Below, piece after piece: positions 11,078 to 17,807 of a stretch of 18,165 nucleotides of DNA. A program made the translations under genes and the position numbers. Under the pieces are notes generated by a model. The model did no database searches and was not told the DNA's origin. It was given only the letters and a program-made list of their open reading frames with translations. This stretch comes from a virus (Duplodnaviria > Heunggongvirae > Uroviricota > Caudoviricetes), in the IMG/VR virus record IMGVR_UViG_2681813004_000010; one strand, 5' to 3'. Numbering within the stretch: the stretch's first letter is position 1; every line of letters starts with the position of its first letter.

Positions 11078-11605
11078 CGGCGCAAATATCAGTTTACGGG
11101 CGGTTGGTGGACGACCCGCAGACAAAACAGACCAGCAAGGGCACCCCCATGACGCTGGCGCGTATGGCGGTATCACTGCCTTGCAGTCAGTCGGATGACG
11201 GTCAGGCGACGATGTGGTTATCTGTCCTGGCGTTTGGCAGACAAGCCGACGCGCTGGCAAAGCATCACAAATGCGAACTCCTGAGCGTGGCGGGTAACAT
11301 GCAGATGAGCCAGTGGACTGGACAGAACGGCGAAACGCGGCAGGGCTGGCAGGTTATCGCAGACAGCGTAATCAGTGCGCGATCGGTGCGACCGGGCGGC
11401 AAAACAGAACGGCGAAACGCGGCAGGGCTGGCAGGTTATCGCAGACAGCGTAATCAGTGCGCGATCGGTGCGACCGGGCGGCAAAAAAGGCCAACAGGGG
11501 CAGGCTACTGACGCACTGAACAGAGCAAAACAACAGGCAGATCAGCAAGGAAGCCAGCCACCAGTGGGAGATAATGAGCAATGGGGAGATGATATCCCAT
11601 TTTAA
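11074..11605 (+). pseudogene. ssb: single-stranded DNA-binding protein (SSB), frameshifted by an internal 82-bp tandem duplication
   Basis: N-terminal OB-fold-like sequence MTAQISVYGRLVDDPQTKQTSKGTPMTLARMAVSL…WLSVLAFGRQADALAKHH…. The canonical SSB C-terminal tail …QPPVGDNEQWGDDIPF is present but in the +1 frame (track ORF 11375-11605). Removing one 82-bp unit restores a single ~150-aa SSB. Confidence 0.7.
11322..11485. repeat. perfect tandem duplication, 2 x 82 bp
   Basis: Unit acagaacggcgaaacgcggcagggctggcaggttatcgcagacagcgtaatcagtgcgcgatcggtgcgaccgggcggcaaa occurs at 11322-11403 and again at 11404-11485. 82 is not a multiple of 3. Confidence 0.9.
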
Positions 11606-11624
11606 ATATTGCCAATAAAAAAAG

Positions 11625-11648
11625 GCCGGAAAAAATAAATTTTCCGGC
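11625..11648. terminator. A/T-rich hairpin (GCCGGAAA / TTTCCGGC) downstream of ssb
   Basis: 8-bp inverted repeat flanked by an A-run on the 5' side; no T-run on the 3' side, so only weakly terminator-like on the plus strand. Confidence 0.3.
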
Positions 11649-11822
11649 ATGCTACATAAATCCCGACCAAAGGGAGTGAATATATTAACACTAATTGTTC
11701 GCACTGAAGTTGTCACCCCAAAACTTTATACAACATTGCACTCGGTTGCATGTGTTCGCATGACAAATATCGGTGATAGCATATATCCACAATTATTTTT
11801 AATGAATGCAAAGAGGATGCGT

Positions 11823-12863
11823 ATGGTTGATTTATATTCGCCTACCCAGCTTGTACAGGTGGTTAATGCTGTAGATGTACAAAAACAACTAAATGCGTTG
11901 TTTACCAGTTTGTTTTTTACTCGCTCGGTAATGTTTGGATCGCGCGATATTATTCTTGATACAATCGACGATCCAAATATCCCAATTGCAGCGTTTTGTT
12001 CTCCTATGGTGGGTAGTAAAGTTTCACGTGACGAAGGGTACGAATCAAAAACAATTCGTCCAGGCTATATGAAGCCGAAAAGCAGCATTGATCCAAATAA
12101 GTTAGCTGTGCGCCCTGCTGGTGTATCACCTGAGCAATACAATGCTTTTGGGGCGCGTAATATTAAAGTTAAACAGGCGATTGTAAATCAAGCTAAAGCT
12201 ATTCGTGCACGTATTGAATGGCTTGCCGTTCAGGCAATCACAACGGGGAAAAATATCATTGAGGGCGATGGTATTGAACGTTATGAGCTGGACTGGAATA
12301 TTAAACCACAAAATATCATCACTCAGTCTGGCGGTACTGAGTGGTCAGGTAAGGATAAAGAAACTTTTGATCCAAATGATGATATTGAGAGCTACGCAGA
12401 ATTTAGTGAGGGCGTCACTAATATCATCATTATGGGCGGTAATGTATGGAAGAAATACCGTTCATTCAGAGCGATAAAAGAGGCTCTGGATACCCGTCGT
12501 GGTTCTAATTCCGAACTGGAAACGGCCCTTAAAGACCTTGGTGATTCGGTGAGTTTTAAAGGATATATGGGCGATGTTGCGATTGTTGTTTACAGCGGGC
12601 GTTATACCGACGAGGACGGAACTGAAAAACATTTCCTTGATCCTGATTTGATGGTGCTTGGCAATACGGCTCTTCAGGGGATTGTCGCCTATGGCGGTAT
12701 TCAGGATCCGGAGCTAATCCGAATGGGGCTGACTAAAGCCGAACTTGCACCGAAAAACTATATTGTGCCTGGTGATCCGGCTATTGAATATGTGCAGACA
12801 CATTCAGCACCACAGCCAATACCGGCCCGCATCAATCGTTTTGTTACCGTTCGCATTGGCTAA
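11823..12863 (+). CDS. major capsid protein homolog (lambda gpE-like, HK97-fold) encoded by the island
   Basis: 346 aa. …NIITQSGGTEWSGKDKETFDPNDDIESYA… and …YRSFRAIKEALDTRRGSNSELETALKDLGDSVSFKGYMGDVAIVVYSGRY… align closely with lambda gpE (…NITQSGGTEWSKRDKSTYDPTDDIEAYA…, …FRSFKAVKEKLDTRRGSNSELETAVKDLGKAVSYKGMYGDVAIVVYSGQY…); the ends are more divergent. Start chosen at the ATG with an AAGAGGA SD; the track start at 11649 is an extension. Confidence 0.8.
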   Translation: MVDLYSPTQLVQVVNAVDVQKQLNALFTSLFFTRSVMFGSRDIILDTIDDPNIPIAAFCSPMVGSKVSRDEGYESKTIRPGYMKPKSSIDPNKLAVRPAGVSPEQYNAFGARNIKVKQAIVNQAKAIRARIEWLAVQAITTGKNIIEGDGIERYELDWNIKPQNIITQSGGTEWSGKDKETFDPNDDIESYAEFSEGVTNIIIMGGNVWKKYRSFRAIKEALDTRRGSNSELETALKDLGDSVSFKGYMGDVAIVVYSGRYTDEDGTEKHFLDPDLMVLGNTALQGIVAYGGIQDPELIRMGLTKAELAPKNYIVPGDPAIEYVQTHSAPQPIPARINRFVTVRIG

Positions 12864-12872
12864 GGGGGAGCA

Positions 12873-13214
12873 ATGGCTACTCATTACACTGAACTCATGG
12901 CTGGCACTGAAGCACTGGTGACTACGCTGGGGATATTTTCAGCTAATAAAGGGGTAATTCCTGCATTTACGCCACTGATGCAGGAAGATGCAACAGGTGC
13001 ACTGGTGGTATGGGATGGTTCGAGCGTAGGTAAAGCGGTTTATGTTTCCGCTGTACAAATCGACACCGCGAAAAAAACACAGGCTCAGGTCTATAAGACA
13101 GGTGTCTTAAATGTTGATGCTCTGAACTGGCCTGAGTCTGTTAAAGAACTGTCAGTAAAGGTTGCAGCGTTTGTTGGCTCAGGTATTTCTGTTCAGCCGC
13201 TGGCTCGTGTGTAA
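12873..13214 (+). CDS. head decoration protein homolog (lambda gpD-like)
   Basis: 113 aa. …FTPLMQEDATGALVVWDGSSVGKAVYVSAV…VYKTGVLNVDALNWPESVKELSVKVAAFVGSGISV parallels lambda gpD …MTPLMLDT…[19 protein letters not shown]…[36 protein letters not shown]. Strong SD (AAGGGGGAG). Confidence 0.7.
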   Translation: MATHYTELMAGTEALVTTLGIFSANKGVIPAFTPLMQEDATGALVVWDGSSVGKAVYVSAVQIDTAKKTQAQVYKTGVLNVDALNWPESVKELSVKVAAFVGSGISVQPLARV

Positions 13215-13225
13215 AGGGGGATACA

Positions 13226-13609
13226 ATGCAGAATGATTACAATGACCTTAAGCCAATTGCCGAAATGATGTACCCGAATCCAGCTGTAGAGGAATTAAAA
13301 GCTATCGCTGACAAAATGTGTTTAAGCGAGCGCCTTGTTGATATGAATCAGGTGATGGAAATTACAACCCTGAGTCGGCGTACACTGCTAAACCTTGAGG
13401 CTAGTGGAGAGTTCCCGGAGCGTGTGCAGGTTACGGAAGGGCGTAAGGCCTGGTATTTAAGTGAAGTGATCGACTGGATAAATAATATTCCTCGCGCTTC
13501 TGAATATTGCCGCGTACCTGTCCCAAAAAAGCCAGATGCGGCGCTATGCCTCAAGATTGAGCGTGTACGCCGCAATGCACGGGATGGTCGCTATAAGCTG
13601 ATTGGTTGA
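13226..13609 (+). CDS. AlpA-like HTH protein with N-terminal extension (127 aa)
   Basis: …MNQVMEITTLSRRTLLNLEASGEFPERVQVTEGRKAWYLSEVIDWI… fits the AlpA-family HTH. Strong SD (AAGGGGGA). Ends about 10-30 bp before the cos-flanking homology begins. Confidence 0.6.
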   Translation: MQNDYNDLKPIAEMMYPNPAVEELKAIADKMCLSERLVDMNQVMEITTLSRRTLLNLEASGEFPERVQVTEGRKAWYLSEVIDWINNIPRASEYCRVPVPKKPDAALCLKIERVRRNARDGRYKLIG

Positions 13610-13617
13610 TGAAATTA

Positions 13618-13854
13618 GGGCCCGCTCTGGCTGGCGGGTCCTTTCCGGCGATCTGACAGGTTACGGGGCGGCGACCTCGCAGTTTTTCGCTATTTGTGAA
13701 AATTTTCCTGTTTAAGGCGTTTCCGTTCTTCTTCGCCGTAACTTAATGTTTTTATTAAAAACACCCCCTGAAAAGAAAGGAAACGACAGGTGCTAAAAAC
13801 AGGCTTTTTGGCCTCTGTCGTTTCCTTTCTCTGGTTTTGTCCGTGGAATGAACA
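13618..13854 (+). other. cos: lambda-type cos site (cosQ-like flank, cosN with 12-nt cohesive end GGGCGGCGACCT at ~13666-13677, cosB region up to Nu1)
   Basis: …gggtcctttccggcgatctgacaggttacg|gggcggcgacctcgc… matches my recollection of the lambda right-end / left-end junction; the downstream sequence up to the Nu1 ATG resembles the lambda cosB region with a few substitutions. Confidence 0.8.
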
Positions 13855-14400
13855 ATGGAAGCCAACAAAAAGCAGCTGGCTGACATTTTCGGTGCGAGTA
13901 TCCGTACCATTCAGAACTGGCAGGAGCAGGGAATGCCCGTTCTGCGAGGCGGTGGCAAGGGTAATGAGGTGCTTTATGACTCTGCCGCCGTCATAAAATG
14001 GTATGCCGAAAGGGATGCTGAAATTGAGAACGAAAAGCTGCGCCGGGAAGTTGAAGAACTGCGGCAGGCCAGCGAGACAGATCTCCAGCCAGGGACTATT
14101 GAGTACGAACGCCATCGACTTACGCGTGCGCAGGCCGACGCACAGGAGCTGAAAAATGCCAGAGACTCCGCTGAAGTGGTGGAAACCGCATTCTGTACTT
14201 TCGTGCTGTCGCGGATCGCAGGTGAAATTGCCAGTATTCTCGACGGGATCCCCCTGTCGGTGCAGCGGCGTTTTCCGGAACTGGAAAACCGACATGTTGA
14301 TTTCCTGAAACGGGATATCATCAAAGCCATGAACAAAGCAGCCGCGCTGGATGAACTGATATCGGGGTTGCTGAGTGAATATATCGAACAGTCAGGTTAA
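13855..14400 (+). CDS. Nu1: terminase small subunit Nu1
   Basis: 181 aa, MEANKKQLADIFGASIRTIQNWQEQGMPVLRGGGKGNEVLYDSAAVIKWYAERD…, near-identical to lambda Nu1 as I recall it. 26-nt overlap with A as in lambda. Confidence 0.92.
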   Translation: MEANKKQLADIFGASIRTIQNWQEQGMPVLRGGGKGNEVLYDSAAVIKWYAERDAEIENEKLRREVEELRQASETDLQPGTIEYERHRLTRAQADAQELKNARDSAEVVETAFCTFVLSRIAGEIASILDGIPLSVQRRFPELENRHVDFLKRDIIKAMNKAAALDELISGLLSEYIEQSG

Positions 14401-16114
14401 CAGGCTGCGGCATTTTGTCCGCGCCGGGCTTCGCTCACTGTTCAGGCCGGAGCCACAGACTGCCGTTGAATGGGCGGATGCTAATTACTATCTCCCGAAA
14501 GAATCCGCATACCAGGAAGGGTGCTGGGAAACACTGCCCTTTCAGCGGGCCATCATGAATGCGATGGGCAGCGACTACATCCGTGAGGTGAATGTGGTGA
14601 AGTCTGCCCGTGTCGGTTATTCCAAAATGCTGCTGGGTGTTTATGCCTACTTCATAGAGCATAAGCAACGCAACACACTTATCTGGTTGCCGACGGATGG
14701 TGATGCCGAGAACTTCATGAAAACTCACGTTGAGCCAACCATCCGTGATATTCCGTCGCTGCTGGCGCTGGCTCCGTGGTATGGCAAAAAGCACCGGGAT
14801 AACACGCTCACTATGAAGCGTTTCACCAATGGTCGTGGCTTCTGGTGCCTGGGCGGTAAAGCGGCAAAAAACTACCGTGAAAAGTCGGTGGATGTGGCGG
14901 GTTATGATGAACTTGCTGCCTTTGATGAGGATATTGAACAGGAAGGCTCTCCGACGTTCCTGGGCGATAAGCGTATTGAAGGCTCGGTCTGGCCAAAGTC
15001 CATCCGTGGCTCCACGCCCAAAGTGAGAGGCACCTGTCAGATTGAGCGTGCAGCCAGTGAATCCCCGCATTTTATGCGTTTTCATGTTGCCTGCCCGCAC
15101 TGCGGGGAGGAGCAGTACCTTAAATTTGGCGATAAAGAGACGCCGTTTGGCCTCAAATGGACGCCGGATGACCCCTCCAGCGTGTTTTATCTCTGTGAGC
15201 ATAATGCCTGCGTCATCCGTCAGCAGGAGCTGGACTTTACTGATGCCCGTTATATCTGCGAAAAGACCGGGATCTGGACCCGTGATGGCATTCTCTGGTT
15301 TTCGTCATCCGGTGAAGAGATTGAACCGCCTGACAGTGTGACCTTTCACATCTGGACGGCGTACAGCCCGTTCACCACCTGGGTGCAGATTGTCAAAGAC
15401 TGGATGAAGACGAAAGGGGATACGGGAAAACGTAAAACCTTCGTGAACACCACGCTCGGTGAGACGTGGGAAGCGAAAATCGGCGAACGTCCGGATGCTG
15501 AAGTGATGGCAGAGCGGAAAGAGTATTATTCAGCGCCCGTTCCTGATCGTGTGGCTTACCTGACCGCCGGTATCGACTCCCAGCTGGACCGCTACGAAAT
15601 GCGCGTATGGGGATGGGGGCCGGGTGAGGAAAGCTGGCTGATTGACCGGCAGATTATTATGGGCCGCCACGACGATGAACAGACGCTGCTGCGTGTGGAT
15701 GAGGCCATCAATAAAACCTATACCCGCCGGAATGGTGCAGAAATGTCGGTATCCCGTATCTGCTGGGATACTGGCGGGATTGACCCGACCATTGTGTATG
15801 AACGCTCGAAAAAACATGGGCTGTTCCGGGTGATCCCCATTAAAGGGGCATCCGTCTACGGAAAGCCGGTGGCCAGCATGCCACGTAAGCGAAACAAAAA
15901 CGGGGTTTACCTTACCGAAATCGGTACGGATACCGCGAAAGAGCAGATTTATAACCGCTTCACACTGACGCCGGAAGGGGATGAACCGCTTCCCGGTGCC
16001 GTTCACTTCCCGAATAACCCGGATATTTTTGATCTGACCGAAGCGCAGCAGCTGACGGCTGAAGAGCAGGTCGAAAAATGGGTGGATGGCAGGAAAAAAA
16101 GCGGTGTCTTATAA
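14375..16114 (+). pseudogene. A: terminase large subunit gpA, copy 2, truncated after codon ~575 (fused to E 3' sequence, ends …GRKK-SGVL-stop)
   Basis: MNISNSQVNRLRHFVRAGLRSLF… is collinear with lambda gpA through …EQVEKWVDGRKK, then reads 4 codons into E-derived sequence and stops. Copy 1 shows the normal continuation (…ILWDSKKRRNEALDCF…GEDE), so ~66 C-terminal codons are missing here. Confidence 0.85.
15134..16100 (+). repeat. direct repeat copy 2 (A gene segment), partner at 1-967
   Basis: See copy 1. The repeat ends at the A7 run (16094-16100), where copy 2 diverges into E sequence. Confidence 0.95.
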
Positions 16115-16415
16115 GGGAATGTATGGCGATGTGGCCATCGTCGTGTATTCCGGACAGTACGTGGAAAACGGCGTCAAAAAGAACTTCCTGCCGGACAACA
16201 CGATGGTGCTGGGGAACACTCAGGCACGCGGTCTGCGTACCTATGGCTGTATTCAGGATGCGGACGCACAGCGCGAAGGCATTAACGCCTCTGCCCGTTA
16301 CCCGAAAAACTGGGTGACCACCGGCGATCCGGCGCGTGAGTTCACCATGATTCAGTCAGCACCGCTGATGCTGCTGGCTGATCCTGATGAGTTCGTGTCC
16401 GTTCAACTGGCGTAA
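16098..16415 (+). pseudogene. E: major capsid protein gpE, 3' fragment (about codons 237-341)
   Basis: KAVSYKGMYGDVAIVVYSGQYVENGVKKNFLPDNTMVLGNTQARGLRTYGCIQDADAQREGINASARYPKNWVTTGDPAREFTMIQSAPLMLLADPDEFVSVQLA matches the lambda gpE C-terminus. It is joined in a different frame to A codon ~575 and has no own start except a fortuitous ATG at 16086. Confidence 0.85.
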
Positions 16416-16418
16416 TCA

Positions 16419-16432
16419 TGGCCCTTCGGGGC
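16419..16432 (+). other. E-FI intergenic stem-loop GGCCC-TTCG-GGGCC
   Basis: Perfect 5-bp GC stem with a TTCG tetraloop directly after the E stop; conserved lambda intergenic hairpin as far as I recall. Confidence 0.5.
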
Positions 16433-16456
16433 CATTTTCTCTCTGTGGAGGAGTTC

Positions 16457-16855
16457 ATGACGAAAGATGAACTGATTGCCCGTCTCCGCTCGCTGGGTGA
16501 ACAACTGAACCGTGATGTCAGCCTGACGGGGACGAAAGAAGAACTGGCGCTCCGTGTGGCAGAGCTGGAAGAGGAGCTTGATGACACGGATGACGCAGCC
16601 GGTCAGGACACGTCTGTCAGCCCGGAAAATGCGCTGACCGGACATGAAAATGAGGTGGTATCAGCGCAGCCGGATACCGTGATTCAGGATACGGCTGCTC
16701 TGGTCACGGTTGTGGCACTGGTGACGCTGCATACCGATGCACTTCACGCCACGCGGGATGAACCTGTGGCATTTGTGCTGCCGGGAACGGCGTTCCGTGT
16801 CTCTGCCGGTGTGGCAGCCGAAATGACAGAACGTGGCCTGGCCAGAATGCAATAA
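16457..16855 (+). CDS. FI: DNA packaging protein gpFI
   Basis: 132 aa, MTKDELIARLRSLGEQLNRDVSLTGTKEELALRVAELEEELDD…ERGLARMQ. GGAGGAG SD. The track start at 16418 is an extension through the hairpin. Confidence 0.88.
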   Translation: MTKDELIARLRSLGEQLNRDVSLTGTKEELALRVAELEEELDDTDDAAGQDTSVSPENALTGHENEVVSAQPDTVIQDTAALVTVVALVTLHTDALHATRDEPVAFVLPGTAFRVSAGVAAEMTERGLARMQ

Positions 16856-16866
16856 CGGGAGGCGCT

Positions 16867-17220
16867 GTGGCTGATTTCGATAACCTGTTCGATGCTGCCA
16901 TTGCCCGCGCCGATGAAACAATACGCGGGTACATGGGAACGTCAGCCACCATGACATCCGGTGAGCAGTCCGGTGCGGTGATACGTGGTGTTTTTGATGA
17001 CCCTGAAAATATCAGCTATGCCGGACAGGGCGTGCGCGTTGAAGGCTCCAGCCCGTCCCTGTTTGTCCGGACTGATGATGTGCGGCAGCTGCGGCGCGGC
17101 GACACGCTGACCATCGGTGAGGAAAACTTCTGGATAGACCGGATTTCGCCGGATGATGGCGGAAGTTGTCATCTCTGGCTTGGGCGTGGTGTGCCGCCTG
17201 CCGTTAACCGTCGTCGCTGA
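16867..17220 (+). CDS. FII: head-tail joining protein gpFII (GTG start)
   Basis: 117 aa, (M)ADFDNLFDAAIARADETIRGYMGTSATMTSGEQSGAVIRGVFDDPENISYAGQGVRVEG…, matching lambda gpFII. Confidence 0.88.
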   Translation: MADFDNLFDAAIARADETIRGYMGTSATMTSGEQSGAVIRGVFDDPENISYAGQGVRVEGSSPSLFVRTDDVRQLRRGDTLTIGEENFWIDRISPDDGGSCHLWLGRGVPPAVNRRR

Positions 17221-17231
17221 AAGGGGGGTGT

Positions 17232-17807
17232 ATGGCCATAAAAGGTCTTGAGCAGGCCGTTGAAAACCTCAGCCGTATCAGCAAAACGGCGGTGCCTGGT
17301 GCGTCAGCAATGGCCATTAACCGCGTGGCCGCAACGGCGATTAATCAGTCTTCGTCTCAGGTCGCCCGTGAAACCCGGGTGCCGAGAAAACTGGTTAAAG
17401 AGCGATCCAGACTGAAACGAGCTACGGTCAGAAATCCGAATGCAAAAATTATCGTTAACCGAGGTGATCTCCCTGCTATTAAGCTGGGGATCAGGATGCT
17501 TGGTCATCGCCCGAACAGCATACTCAAAGCCGGTCAGCATCGTTATCAGCGGGCATTCATCCAGCGATTAAATAATGGACGCTGGCATGTTATGCAACGT
17601 CTGCCAGAAGCACGGTATGCGAAGGGCAATGACGATAAGGGAAGGAAAAAGCGTAATCGTCTTCCCATTCAGGTGGTGAAAATTCCGATGGCGGTCCCAC
17701 TGAAACAGGCTTTTGATGAGAACGTTAACCGTATCCGGCGAGAACGTCTGCCAAAAGAACTGAGCTATGCGCTGAAACAACAACTGAGGATTGTGATAAA
17801 GCGATGA
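17232..17807 (+). CDS. Z: tail completion protein gpZ
   Basis: 191 aa, MAIKGLEQAVENLSRISKTAVPGA…; N- and C-terminal parts match lambda gpZ, the middle is somewhat divergent. Stop overlaps the U start. Confidence 0.85.
   Translation: MAIKGLEQAVENLSRISKTAVPGASAMAINRVAATAINQSSSQVARETRVPRKLVKERSRLKRATVRNPNAKIIVNRGDLPAIKLGIRMLGHRPNSILKAGQHRYQRAFIQRLNNGRWHVMQRLPEARYAKGNDDKGRKKRNRLPIQVVKIPMAVPLKQAFDENVNRIRRERLPKELSYALKQQLRIVIKR

Larger units (their letters stand above)
4912..13617 (+). mobile_element. satellite-like integrative island (P4/PICI-type: int, alpA, regulator, primase/helicase, ori, ssb, capsid-like genes)
   Basis: Bounded on the left by the break in E with the integrase immediately inside, and on the right by the resumption of lambda-like sequence about 10-30 bp after the 13226-13609 ORF. 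Gene content is typical of phage satellites, not of a lambdoid replication or lysis module. No att direct repeats were found by eye, so the boundaries are approximate. Confidence 0.6.

Noticed and set aside
11375-11605. 76-aa ORF called as a separate gene
   Set aside because: It is the displaced 3' end of the SSB gene (carrying the DDIPF tail), put out of frame by the 82-bp duplication.
11649-11822. Upstream extension of the capsid-like ORF (track start at 11649)
   Set aside because: No SD at 11649, and the alignment with gpE begins near the ATG at 11823, which has an AAGAGGA SD. The extension runs through the ssb-capsid intergenic region.
13690-14295. 201-aa minus-strand ORF spanning cosB and Nu1
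   Set aside because: Overlaps the cos site and the conserved Nu1 gene on the opposite strand; no plausible start context.
14435-15202. 255-aa minus-strand ORF antisense to terminase A copy 2
   Set aside because: Overlaps the conserved A coding frame entirely, with no independent support; long antisense ORFs are common in GC-rich phage genes.
16086-16097. ATG at 16086 as a genuine start for an independent 109-aa capsid-fragment protein
   Set aside because: The first codons (MAGKK) derive from A sequence read in another frame; the ATG is a by-product of the deletion junction and has no SD.
16418-16456. Longer FI start at 16418
   Set aside because: The ATG at 16418 lies inside the GGCCC-TTCG-GGGCC hairpin and lacks an SD; the ATG at 16457 has a GGAGGAG SD and gives the 132-aa length expected for gpFI.
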